Shown here piece by piece: positions 1 to 11,846 of a stretch of DNA of 64,000 nucleotides. The notes beneath the pieces were generated by a model that was not told where the DNA came from, did no database searches, and saw nothing but the letters and a program-made list of their open reading frames with translations. The stretch lies in NCBI RefSeq assembly GCF_021028975.2, contig NC_059436.1, forward strand, positions 25,668,001 through 25,732,000. Reading direction: 5' to 3'. The translations under genes were made by a program, and so were the position numbers. This stretch comes from Sphaerodactylus townsendi. Taxonomy: Eukaryota. Within the stretch, counting starts at the first letter, position 1, and every line of letters begins with the position of its first letter.

Positions 1-3000
1 ATCGTCCTGCGGTGTACCCTTACAGTGCGCCTCTGAATGTACCACAAGGCGTTTTTTGAAAGTCCCAATGCGGGCAGCCAACCCAAAGTTTTTCTAGCAC
101 CCGGCCAGAAGCCTCCAAGAGCCCTATGCTGAGTTTGGCGAAGACAGGCTCCAGGAGGCCCTCAAGAACGGAGTTGACAACGAGGAGGCCCAGAGGCCCG
201 AACTCTCCTTAAGCATGCCGCCAGGAAGGCATACTCCGCTGAGTGCCATAAGCGTCTACAGGCAGGAAGGAACCCCGAGCTGTACGACATGCTCAAAGCT
301 TGCCAGGATATGGTCTTTAAGCCCATCAAGCCAACCTTCTAGTCGCCCTTCCTCTCTCCCATGCCATGAGGCAGCCCGAAACGAGATGTTTCAGTGCGGC
401 AAGCCAGGACATTTCGGAGAATTGTAGGCTGCCTTGGCCGGAGACCTACAACCCTGGCGGAGGTCTCTCCCCAGAGGCGAAGACCCCAGGAGAGTCTAGG
501 GCGGCTCCCAATGCCGCTGGGGAGGCCAGCCGGGCATCTCCCAGCCGGAATAGATCGCACCTCAAACCCCTTCCCGGAGCTCCCCACTTAAGGATCTTAG
601 CTGCTCCAGCTCAGTATAGTGATCCCATCCCCACGGGGAGACCATTAGAGCTGGTCTTGCCAAAGCTTCGCCAGCTGGTGGGGTTGGAAATTTCATCATC
701 AGGGGTCGCCGACCCCAGCCACCAAGGAGCCATCACATCCAGAGTATGGACAAACGTATCCTGCAGAAACTGCCAAGTTCACGGAACCCTGCCTCTATGC
801 TCTCACTTGAGTCTAATCTAAGTTCAGCTAATCTCTAAATCTCGTTGCTCGCTCCCCCTCTACGTCTACTTCTGCTCTGCTAGCCTTCTACTTCAAAGTC
901 ACCATGCCTCCGCCAGTGCCCCAGTAGCATTTCAAAATCTCTGCAGAGTCCACAGTCACTGAATTGCAGCGAAGGAATGCTGGCGGAAGAAGGGACTGCC
1001 GTTTGAGCCCTCCTCAGAGAATGCCCATAGCCAATCTACAGGACAATGAGGCATGGAAAGGGGAAGATGCTACTTCAATGTAAGCCAAGTCCTTCGTGAA
1101 AGAAGAAGCCCCTTGGCCCTCTCCAGCTGTAAGGTTCAAACCAGATCACTTGTACCTCTGAGCCTGTGCAAAGCCCTAAGCTCAAAACTCCCCAGTGGCA
1201 GCAAAATCGTCAGCACACCTCAAGAGCAAAATCTCAAATCAGAGTTACAATCCTCCCTCGTTACTTTATATGTGCTCCTGTATGCCTATGTATGTTCTGT
1301 ATGTCTTGCCCCTTTCAAAGAGACCCTAAAGTTTTCCCCTCATAGGGGATTTTTCCATGGCTCCTAACCGATGCTCTTATGCTTCAATTAAAGTTTTTCT
1401 CCCTTCTGATTATGTGTTACTTAATGCCTTGAAGGCTTAAGCCCATTACAGCATCCGCCTTAAGCGGGACACAGCTCGTCGTGCTCCCCAGGATACGATG
1501 GGACCTGCTTCAAGCAGCCTCCACATCTCTTAGTTTAAGCCTTCAAAACTTTTCTTCAAACCTCTCCTTGAGAACCTTTTCCTTAGTCATCTGAGCCTAC
1601 ACTGCCACACTGGTGGTATGGGGTTACATATGAAGCCAAAATCATTTCATGCTCCACATTCTCTGCTGGGGGGCTCCCTGGCTAGTCACAGTGCCAAAGG
1701 GGTCTCTCAGCCACACCTATCTTACACAGCCTCCGCTGTGAAGGTAGAAGCGACTCAAACCGGCAAAGTCCCCTTACGGAGGGAAGGTAGAGCTGACTTC
1801 CAAACCCCTTCCCCTGCCTTCCTTCTGCACCACTCCCACTCTTTCTAATGGGCTGACGCACCCCCACCCCTCTAGATCTAGGATCCTGATAAAGGGCTTT
1901 GCAAACCTCTCAATTTGCTCCTGTGATCAAACCTCAAGCCCAGGAACATTTTCTTTGCATCTTCTCTATATACTTTCCCTATAGGCGGCTATATTACGAT
2001 ATGACTATAGTGTGAATTGTTCAAGTTGCTTTGCAAAAAAACCCCACACCTTAGACGGTGATTGGGATTGTTTACAAAACAAACATCCGACCTGGATATG
2101 ACCTCTCCCTTCTCCCTAAGCCTTGAGGGCAATTCCGTATCTCTTAGCGCCTTGAATGTTGCAAGTGATGGATTTGTCGGAATAGACCAGCTAAGCCTAA
2201 CAGCTTAGCCCAAAACAAACAGAAAAAAAGGGGAGTAGTTCCCCTATTGACCAATCAAGGTCTCATCCAGACCATATCCAAAGTACTCTTATATTTCTCT
2301 ATCAAAATTGCCGCCCCCCCACTCAGATACGGGCTTTCCATTGTCATCTATAAGAGCGAATTAACTCAGCCAGCCGCCAAAGCCTGGGAAAAGCGTCGCT
2401 TACTTTCTCTTCTATACAGGAGTCCAGCTAGCCATGCCAGACCAGCCCATCCCGGAATGGGCGGGGCCTCCCCTGGAGAATCGACCCGCCCAGCCCTGTT
2501 GAGAGAGAGCCCGATCACCCTCAGCCTGGGCAGCCAGATGGGAGGGACACCCATTCTTGCGGAGATCGCAGCAGGCTGCCATTTGGGGCCAGCTATGGCT
2601 CAAGGTTGACGCTGTGTGTAGCTGCTCCTCATCTACAGCCATTCTCTCCCTCTCTGCAGCCCCTGGCTGAAACTTGGAATTACGGCCAGGAACATTCCCT
2701 GATAGATTAACCATGGAACTCTCAGCTGTTTTCCAGCCTTGAATAATTGTTGGAACCGCCTTCTCTCACAACCTTATAGAATCACTGAACCTGCAATGCT
2801 AAAGACTATCAGTAGCTCTCCCCTAAGCTCTTGAGAAATCCATGGACTCTAGCGTCGTAGCTCTGTAGCTTTGGTGGCAGTCAGGCAGCAAAGAGTATTG
2901 CATTGGACAATTATACAACCAGGGTTTGCCTTCCTTCCATCCATCATCCAGCCTATGTGTCGTTTAGCCATGTTTTGCTGTTTAAATTTATTGCATGCCC

Positions 3001-4141
3001 TAGTTTTGAAGTTATGTTATTTGTTATTGCCATTCATACTGTCTGTCTGGGGTTTCTACCCAGGCTCCACCCAGAACTGACGCCCGCCCGCCCGCCGCTC
3101 GCTCTGCGCTGAAGTCCCTCACCAGCCGGCTTGGCCGGTCGCCCTCTCAAAGCCAGACCTGTCCCCTGTAACTTCCTTGGTAGGAGCCCCGGACTTGTTT
3201 CCTGTAACACACCAAGACTATTGGCGGCTGGCCTGTGCCCTTGCGAAGCCCATCAATTCTACCTCCATTGCTCTGGGCTCTGGCCTCCGAGCAGCAGAAG
3301 ACCGTCAAGCGACCCTAGACAATGCGTGCAGCTATTGATTACTTATTGTTATTACATCCCCACCAAAGGTTGTGAATGTACATAATATGTGTTGTTTAAT
3401 CTTTCTGATATTGAATTGATTCATATGAAGATGCATTGAGCTGCAAAGTTGTATCTAATCTGAAGTATGATGTTTTGCCCCATTGGTGGTCAGCCCTCTG
3501 GTGGAGCTGGCTGCCGGGAGGAGATGGTTGAGTGTTATTATTTTAGCTCTGCATTGGTTTAATTGTGTGCCACCGTTATCCGGATCTTGTTTAGTTCAAT
3601 GTGTGTCTAATATTGCCTGCTTTGTGCAAGAAGCCCCTGAATTTCCCTTACCCCGCAGCCAAGTTCTAATGTTACACACAAGCAGCTTGGTCAGCTTGAC
3701 CAGATGAAGCGGAGGAGACAAGCGTCCCCTTCATCGCCCCTTAACATTTCGGTCCCCTTTTTTTTCTAAAATGCTTAAAGGAGGAGATGTAGTGATGCAC
3801 TGCTGACCCAGCAACACACCGTGGTGGAAACGTTGGGGCGCTAATGGACCTGGCTTGCTGGTGCGCCGCACCCCCACTCCTCATCCCCCTATGAGTCACG
3901 GGTCATGAACTGTCTGGCTCAGTCACCGGGCGCAGGGACAATGGTCTTGCCCCCAGGTGAGGATTAGGCTCAGACGCTTACGCTCCTCTCCGCAGTAGCC
4001 AGGTGAGATCATGCATCACATGATGATCTCCAGGTCTCCCGGTCTCCAGCTCATCTCCTACCCACCTCCTTTACCGCCCACAATGAAACCCTAATAAAAA
4101 AAAGGTGCGAGAGACCAGCACAGGTAGAGTTGTCAGGATCA
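1..4141 (+). mobile_element. Heavily degraded Ty3/Gypsy-type LTR retrotransposon (gag zinc knuckle, RT remnants, PPT and 3' LTR); 5' part lies outside the window
   Basis: About 384-425 encodes a frameshifted C-F-x-C-G-K-P-G-H-F..C CCHC knuckle. ORF 1053-1367 (V.QVL...LSSCK...NLKSELQS) resembles the Gypsy RT thumb motif LSKC.F...P.N.KELQSFLG. A purine tract AAAGGAGGAGA (3777-3787) is followed directly by TGT at 3788, with AATAAA at 4093-4098 and a possible CA end near 4141. Many indels; no intact ORF. Confidence 0.6.
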
Positions 4142-4395
4142 TGAAAACCCGCGCTTCCTGTTGCTGACGCTCTCCGCCAGATGAAACCTCCTCCGCGTCT
4201 CGCCTATTCCTTAGCGACGACCCTGCGGGGTTGACAACACCCCCGAAAGTAAGACGTAGCAAAGTTTTTGTTTGGAAGCATGCCTGACGAACAGAACACA
4301 GAAAAATAAAGACATCCCCTGAAAATAAGGCATAGCGCATCTTTGGGAGCAAAAATTAATATAAGACACTGTCTTATTTTTGGGGAAACCAGGTA
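4142..4395. mobile_element. Terminal fragment of a Tc1/mariner-superfamily (Tc2/pogo-like) DNA transposon
   Basis: Ends in ...gagcaaaaattaatataagacactgtcttatttttggggaaaccaggta. This resembles the reverse complement of the TA-CCGTGTTTCCCCGAAAATAAGAC TIR of vertebrate Tc2-like elements (recalled), and the aaaataag subrepeat recurs internally. Left boundary is approximate. Confidence 0.5.
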
Positions 4396-5102
4396 GATGG
4401 GGGCAGCACCTCAGTGGTGGGCTGATGAGATGGGTGGCGCACCACCAAGTCTTTGCCCCTTGGTAGGGGAAAAGGCAGGCAGACTTTGAGGCCAAGGGTG
4501 AAAGGGAGAAGAGTAGAATCCACCACCCCTCACCAAACAGGGGGGAATGCACCCTGCACTGCTAACTCTCCCCACGTCTTCCTCTCATCCTCCCCAACCT
4601 GGGTGCACTAGTCCAAGACCACGCTGCCGCTATACACGTCTTCAGGCCGCAACTCCAAATGGGACCTCCACCCAAAGGCAGGGAGCCTCCAGCCAATCGG
4701 TGCAAGGACACTGCACAGTCCACGCAGGGCAGCGGAATGGAAACAGCCTCTCCCTCCCCCAGCAACTGCTCTTGAGCCTGGCACTGCAATGTGGGCAGCG
4801 AGGCTTCACCTGGTCACCAGAATCCGCCTTAGCCAGCTAAAACTTCTGGCCACTGTGGCAGCCATCCGGTGAGTCCCAAAACTGAAACAGTCTTCATATT
4901 AGCTGTCCTGAAGCTACTGCCCATCAATTTAATCGGGTGCCCCAAGGTCTAGTTTTTTGTGAAGTGGGACTGAAAGTTATACACACACACACCCGGCCAT
5001 GATTTATGTGGGAAGAACAGCTTCAAAAAGCCCAGTGTGGTCAGGATGCTGAGTTCTGCCCACATTCTTGGATTAGGCTTTTTTGCATGGGCCACTGATA
5101 GG

Positions 5103-5826
5103 CAGAGGCGTACCTAGGCAAACTGGAGCCCGGGGACAAACCCTGAGCTTCCCCCCCCCCCCCCCCCCGGCATAGGTGGCCACCCTCCTTCACGACGACC
5201 AAACAATTATTTTTTGCACCAGCTCACAAAACACCCCCCACCCCCAACAAAACATACATGGCTCTCCCCGTTACTTTCCTAATTGTGTCCTCACACCAAC
5301 CCTATGAGGTAGGCTGCTAGCCTGAGAAACAGCTCCAAAACAGTGCAAAGGGAATTAACTTTTAAGCATGTAAATCTCTTACAAGTCACCCCCATCTGAA
5401 GGTTTGCCCAACAAACGTCAGCATCATCTTCAGTTCTGCTGCTGCTGCTGGGCTCCCTGCTCAGCTTGCCTTTTCCTGTGCCTGCCGGTGCCTGGCTGCC
5501 GGGGAGAACGCTTCTGAGTAATGCCACACTTAATTTAAGGCGAATAAGGCACACTGGGTCAGAGGGAGGGGAGGCGGAGCTCCCCAGTCCTGCTCCTGGG
5601 AGCCCAGTGGGATTTCTCCCCCGCCCCCTGGACACTCCAGGCCACTGTACAGAGTGGGCGGGGCTAAGACAGGCACTGGGAGCAGTCGGCTGCTTCAGTG
5701 CCTGCTTGCTAGGGCTTGCTCAATCCCTCCCTCTGTAGGAGGATGTTTTGGCGCCCCCCCACGTGACCTCAATTGATGCGCCCGGGGACAAGGGGTACCC
5801 CATGTCCCTAGGCAAGTAGGCCAGTG
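5103..5826. mobile_element. Non-autonomous hAT transposon (MITE, 724 bp) with an 8-bp target-site duplication
   Basis: Exact direct repeat CTGATAGG at 5095-5102 and 5827-5834. Imperfect TIRs: CAGAGGCGTACCTAGG on the left, and CACTGGCCTACTTGCCTAGG as the reverse complement of the right end. Subterminal gcccggggacaa occurs near both ends. Confidence 0.75.
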
Positions 5827-5989
5827 CTGATAGGGGCAGGCCAGCACAGTCCACACGGCAGCTTCCAGGGGCCACATTTACTTGACAGACAGTGTCAAAG
5901 CCACCCAGCTGGCTCCTATGCAACATTAGTGTAATAACACACACACACACACACCCCATCAATCCCAGACACCATCTCTTAGAATATTC

Positions 5990-5995
5990 TTTATT
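5990..5995 (-). terminator. ARCN1 polyadenylation signal AATAAA
   Basis: tttatt on the + strand, about 890 nt past the ARCN1 stop. On the - strand it is followed by a GT-rich (GT)n element (5936-5953), typical of a downstream element. Confidence 0.7.
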
Positions 5996-6882
5996 CGATC
6001 AAGGGGCTGGGATTCTTGTGTACATTGGAATGTGTTATTTCCTAAGTCATTATTTTACAGGGTTACAAAACCTCCTTTAAATATCACCCCACCCTGCTAT
6101 TTAAGGATGAACCCAAAGCCTCACTGGATGGTGAAACTTGCTCCCAGTTAAAAATCAAACTGACAGTGTGGGAACACAGGCAGATCAAAAAGATCCCTGG
6201 CTACTACCAACAGGACAGGGCCCCCCACCCCCAAAAAAAGGTCTCACCTGGCACCCTGGGAGAGGCTGGCGACTTCTTTAGCATGCAAGCAGGGCCCCTG
6301 CAAAAGCCCCGAGGACAAGTGCCCCTCCCCCCTCCCTGGAAGGCAGGTTCAAGGACATGTTCTTCCTCTGAACAGGAGGCAGCTTCCGTGGAGCCACGGT
6401 GGAGTCTTCAAGCCGGAGTCCAGAAAGTCCACGAAAGAAAGCGCTGCCTGCGTGCCCTCCCCTCCAATTCCCTGGCAAGGGCTCCCCCGCCACACAAGGA
6501 AAGGAAGGAAGGGAAAGCACCCAGGGGTGCGTGCGTGCGTGCATGTGCTCTGCCTCACTGCCACAGCAGAGTTTGGCCACCGGTCCTGATGGGAGTGGAA
6601 AAGACATTTCCCCCTTTTCCCTCAAAGCAGAAGTGGCCAGCAGTACAGGAGATACCAAGGGGTGGGCGGGCGGGGGAAGAGAGCCGTCCCAGGGAGGAGT
6701 GTGCCCAGATCCAGGGAAAAGGAGGCCTCCCTGGTCGGCGATGCCAGAGAAGCAAGCAGCCTCTCCCTGCCTGGCTGTGACTTGGAAAAATGGAGGTGGG
6801 CAAACTAGGATGTCAGGTCCCCTGGCAGTCCCCGAACCCACAGCCTCTCAAAGTCTTCCAGGCCGCTCCTTGGCAGAAACGG

Positions 6883-9800
6883 CTACAGGATCTCGTACTT
6901 GTCCACGAGGAAGGTGGTCTCTGTAGAGAATCTCACAGGGCTGTTCCCATCTACCTGGGTCACTTTGGTAACCTGCAAAGAGAAGAAGGGCACAGAGTGA
7001 ATTGCAAGGAAGCATGGCCTGGAACAGTTCACTGGGCACGTTATGGGGCAAGACCACAGGGTGTCATTCGCCAAAGCAGACAAGACTCTAGCGATGCCAC
7101 ACCCAGTCTGGAGAATGGCCATCAGAGGGGGGCAAAGTCCAAGCACAACTTTTATGCTCCAGCGTGTGTCCGGACAACCCAAAGCAGGTTTAGGGGGTGC
7201 CAGCCACGCAGCACCGAGTCCCCAGCTCAACCTTGGCCATTCTCAAGTAAAAGCATCTCCAGGAACAGGGCTGGGAAAAAGCACCCGAGACCCTGGGACA
7301 AGCACTCCCGAGGGCCTGATTCCAAACAAGCATCTCGGGGGGGAAAATCCGTCCAATTCCAAAACGGGCTGCCGTGTTGCCTACAGGGGACGGGCGGGGC
7401 CAGCACCGCTCTAACCTGGATGTTGCAGTAGTTCTTCTTGGACAGGAAGGAGACGTGCACAGGGAAGAAGTCGTTGGGCTGCCCGGCAATGCTGAACTCC
7501 AGGCTGCCGCTCTTGTTTTTGGCATCGATCACGGGCAGGCACCACTCGAGGAGGTTCCTTCGGCTATCGTGACGGTACTCACCATCGATCTCACCAATCA
7601 CGGGCATGCCCACACCGGACCTGCACAAGCAACCGCAGCTTATGCCCAGGACACGCCCCCGCGCCCCACCCTGTGCCTAAAGAAGAGCATCTCTCTGACC
7701 TGGAGCCAGAGATCAGTGTGCTGGGGAAGCGGGCAGAATGGGAGCCCACTGGCGGGAGCCCACCACGGTCATGTGACTCACGGCAAGGGAATGGTGATCA
7801 CCACGTCGCTCAGCTCCAGGCTCTCCTCCTGCAGCTCATACTCAATGTTGACATCGCAGCCACTGCCGCTCTCCGATGGCCAGCAGTTTACTGAGGCAAA
7901 GAAGAATTGCCACACAAACACACACACGTGAAACAATGGTAACAAACAAACTGCAAAAGGGGCAGCAGGACCGGCTCCCCACCCTCCCAGCACCTCCACA
8001 AGACCCCTCCCCACCAGGGCAACCCCAGCTGCACTCACTTGTCAACGGGATGAGAGACTCTTCCATGGTCTGTAGCCGCCACTTCAACACCCCCACGTCA
8101 CTATTGATGGGGAAAGACTTTTCAGGGTTCTTCAAGCCAATCAAGGACTCTGTTGTAAAGAGCTTCTTGTCAACATTGGGATGAGTCTGAGAGGGAGAAA
8201 GGAAGCACCAGAGCAGGGGGTGAAAAGTCACGTGGCACTTCTGGGCAGATCAAGCACTTTTCCCTAATCGGTGCCACAGCTTCTGGACATCAAGCAGGGG
8301 TCAACAAGCCAGGTGCAGGAGATGCAGGCAACCACCAGTTTTCTAGCCACGTTTGTAAGGGGAGGGTGAGATGAAAGAAAGGGCAACTCTTCACTCCCCC
8401 CTGCAGAAAGAAAGAGCCATAGCGTAGCCTACAGATCCGCCCACAGGTCGAAGGCTGTGGGCCTCGCTCTAGCACAACTCCGGGCAGCCTGGTGGCAAAC
8501 AGCCAGAGTCCAGCTGAAGACATCCAGGCCCTCGCTCCGGACTGGTGCCTGCAGCTGCCTGCAGCTGAGGCCACCCCAGCTCTCCTTGCAACAGCCAGGC
8601 CTGTGTACCTGCAGTTGAGCACCCTTCTTGTCCTCGTTCTCAACATGGATCCGAATCCGGGCAAACTTTTCATCCTGGACCCGCAGCATGATCATGCCGT
8701 GCAGCTCCATGTTTTGTAGCCCCCCATCACGGCCACAGGTTAACGTGATCTTCTCCTCGATTTTCATGTGCACGCTAGAGACAATGCAGCACAGCAGAGG
8801 CTTTACAGCGCTGCCATTTTCTGTGAAGGCAAGCCACCTCAGTGGGGGGAGACCAGTTGGCCTGGGGGTCTCCTGGCTACTCCCCTTGGGGTATTATACC
8901 TTTGCTTACAACCCTTGCACTGAATGTGTCTCTAAGCTAACCTTCTCACCAGAACAAATCATCTCATGCTATCTGCAGGATCTCTATTCCTTGTTCTGTG
9001 CAAGTCCAGGCAGATATCGAAAAGAATACCTCCCGGGGACCCACATACTTGAGTAAGAAAAAAAGCACCATCCAGCTGGAGGGCACCTGAAAACCCCCAA
9101 GACACTCAGAAGTGCACTGCAGACTTCCCAGCGATGTGTCTGTTTTCCACTCACCTCTCCATGTTAACAGGTGGAGCAAACACTGTGGCTGCTTCAGAGG
9201 ATCGTTTGCCAACTGAAGAGGTTATGATATTTTCTCCTTCAGATTTTAACTTGTCCACAAAGTTATCGACTTCTTTCCCCTTGGCACCCAGCTTGAGTGC
9301 CTTATTCGATCCAGACGGCCTAAGAAACAAGCAGGATACTCTCAGCCTAATAATCACACCAGGCAACAACGTGGCTTGTCAGAGCAGACAGAGGGCGTGA
9401 GCAGGACCACTGCTGTCCCCTGGTTGCAGCACCATGGACAGTAGCAGAGCCTCAAAGCACTTGCGGCTGAAGAGATCAGCTCACACCAACTGCAGCTCAG
9501 GAACACAGGTTCCCTTCACTGCCTCACAGCACGCCCTGGCTTGGCCAGCAGGGACTCCTCTCCCCAAACATACTTTTTACGTGTATGGATGTGTGTTGTC
9601 AAGTCACAGCTGACTTATGGCGACCCGTGGTGGGTTATCCAGGCAAGTGATCTTTGGAGGTGGTTTGCCACTGCATGTCTCCACGCTGTGACATTGGGGT
9701 TCCTTGGAGATCTCCCACCCAAATACTAACCAGGGTGGACCCTGCTTAGCTTCCCAGATCTGAGGAGATCAGGCTGGCCTGGGGCTGTCCAGATTACACA

Positions 9801-11562
9801 GACACACAACAGTAAAGCTGCTTTCAGACCTCGTTGGCGCAGGAGTCACTTTTGGCTTTTCCGTCTCAATGATCGTCTCTGTGATCATGGCAGCTGTCGT
9901 GCCTCCTGACAGAGCGGAACTTCCAAAGCCACCAAAACCAGGTGCTTTTGTGCCCCGTCGCTCAGCATCCCTCCGTGCCTGCTGCAATTCCTTGGCTTTT
10001 CGGCGCATTTCAGCTTTAGCCTCACGTTCTTGTGTCTAAGAAACAGAGATGCTACCAGTTATTAAAAACAAACTCAGTGCAACAAATCAAGGACCCCATA
10101 ACAACAGCAGGCCACTGACCCCTGCAGTTTAGACAGTAGCCAAACAGCTGCCCTGGAGGGCATCAGAGGAGAAAGAGGGAAGGTCTTGCATTCACCTCAC
10201 GGACAGCTCTGAAGACTTTCTCCTCATGTGAGTCCATCTCTGTGAAAGTGCGAATCTGGGCCAGGTTGACATTCTCCCGGTACCCGAGGGCAACGATCTC
10301 ATCAAAGGCAAAGATTAGATCAAAACAGTGATCAGAAATCTCATTCTCTTCCAAGGCTCTGCAGTACTCAGGGATCTGGGTGGAATGAAAGAATAAAACG
10401 GCTTCTGAAAACACGAAAAAGTTGCCATTCTTTTAATTTACCCTGTTCGTACCCTCCTTTTTCCACCATGAGATTGGCAGCCCAAAAACCAAATATCTGG
10501 CAAGGATAGCTCTGACCCCCAGATGGGACAGTTGTAATGAATCTTACGTAAAGCTGCCTTTGAAAACACACTGAAACCTTCAGTCAGTACAGAACTGGTT
10601 CGACTGGAGAGGGCACAGAGTGTCTTGCTAAGAACTGGGATGCCCAAGGTTCAACCCCCCTGCCTGCCCCTGCCATGGGAGACTTCCCTCCCTCTAAATC
10701 ACCCTGTGGGACTTGTGTGGCAGTGAGAGCAAGGCTGGAAACTACCTTAAGTGTTCAACGGGAAGCAACACGGCGCAGGAACCTCTACGCAGGCCGGTGC
10801 CGCAGCCAGAGCCCTGTCTGGGGCTGGTTGCTCAGCGGACCTCGCTGGCCGGGCGGGCACCGGGGCTGCTGCTGCCTCTGCGTGTGAGTGCGCGCGTGTG
10901 CCCCCTCGCCCCCCCTCGCTCACCACCCTGGAGAAGAGGCGGAGGGTCTCGAGGTCCTCGAGGATGTTGCTGTTCTTGGTGGTGATGAGCACCATGTAGA
11001 GCTTCTCCATGGGCTGGTAGACGTAGCGGACGCTCTCCGTCTCCACGAAGGTGTGCTGCTTGCCCGTGTTCATCAGCTTGGGGAAGGCGGCCAGCAGGCC
11101 CTCGATGCGCGTGCGCGTCATCTCCACGAACTGCCGCGACACGATCGCCTTGCCGGCCTTGGTGCACACGGCGGCCGCCAGCAGCACCTGCAGAACCCCG
11201 GGGAGACAGAGCAGGCGCGTCAGAGCGGACGCTCTCCGTCTCCACGAAGGTGTGCTGCTTGCCCGTGTTCATCAGCTTAGGGAAGGCGGCCAGCAGGCCC
11301 TCGATGCGCGTGCGCGTCATCTCCACGAACTGCCGCGACACGATCGCCTTGCCGGCCTTGGTGCACACGGCGGCCGCCAGCAGCACCTGCAGACCCCCCC
11401 CCGCCCCCCCGGGGGAGACAGAGCGGGCGCGTCAGGGCGGGCGGGCGGGCCAGCCCCCCCCCCTCCGCCAGGTGCGCCCCTCGCGCGGCCGGACCCCTCC
11501 CCCCGCCCCCCCCCCCCAGGCCGCCCCCTCCCCTCCCCTCCCCTCCCCTCATGACCCACCAT
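6883..11562 (-). CDS. ARCN1: Coatomer subunit delta (archain 1), 511 aa, 10 coding exons
   Basis: Exons (-): 11560-11562 (ATG only, gccgccATG|gtgggt), 10924-11187, 10196-10375, 9830-10035, 9155-9319, 8609-8774, 8039-8186, 7782-7890, 7416-7620, 6883-6972. All GT-AG; total 1536 nt. The protein [40 protein letters not shown]...[15 protein letters not shown] is unmistakable delta-COP. Confidence 0.97.
9590..9792 (-). mobile_element. 5S rRNA-derived SINE (5S-Sauria-like) in ARCN1 intron 4
   Basis: The reverse complement reads gcctgatctcctcagatctgggaagctaagcagggtccaccctggttagtatttgggtgggaga, a diverged 5S rRNA A/C-box region. A Sauria-type body (ggcaaaccacctc...gtcgccataagtcagctgtgacttgac) follows. 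A second copy lies at 60780-60990. Confidence 0.75.
11224..11435 (-). repeat. Tandem duplicate of the ARCN1 intron-1 branch point/acceptor plus the first 54 codons of exon 2
   Basis: 11224-11392 matches 11025-11193 at a 199-bp offset with one synonymous change (g11080/a11279). The intronic parts differ in C-run length. Confidence 0.92.
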
Positions 11563-11846
11563 GGCGGCGGCGGCGGCGGCGGCGGGTCTGGCTCCTGCTC
11601 CGCTGCAGAGGCTGCCACACAAGATGGCGGCACCGAGCCACGTCTGCCAGGCGGAAGCGACGTCAAGACGCACGCGAGGGCGACGTGGCCCGACCTGCGC
11701 CACGCCCACCCCGCGAGCCCCGCCTCCTCCTCCTCCGCCGCTGCTCTCGCGATGCCCGCGGGGCCCGCCCCCCGCGTCTCCTTGGCGACGGCGGCGACGT
11801 CGGGGAAGGGAGGCGGCCGGACTCGCCCGCTGCGCGCTGCCCCCGG
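11563..11846. promoter_or_regulatory. Bidirectional CpG-island promoter shared by ARCN1 and IFT46
   Basis: Divergent start codons at 11562 (-) and 11847 (+) in CpG-dense sequence. YY1 consensus CAAGATGGCGGC at 11620-11631, ETS-like GCGGAAG at 11651-11657 abutting CRE-like CGACGTCA, and RFX X-box-like GTCTCCTTGGCGAC at 11776-11789. Confidence 0.75.

Noticed and set aside
6166-6926. 175-204-aa ORFs
   Set aside because: They lie in or antisense to the ARCN1 3' UTR; no recognisable protein.
9700-9792. 5S rRNA gene
   Set aside because: Diverged, fused to a SINE body and present as dispersed copies; not a functional 5S gene.
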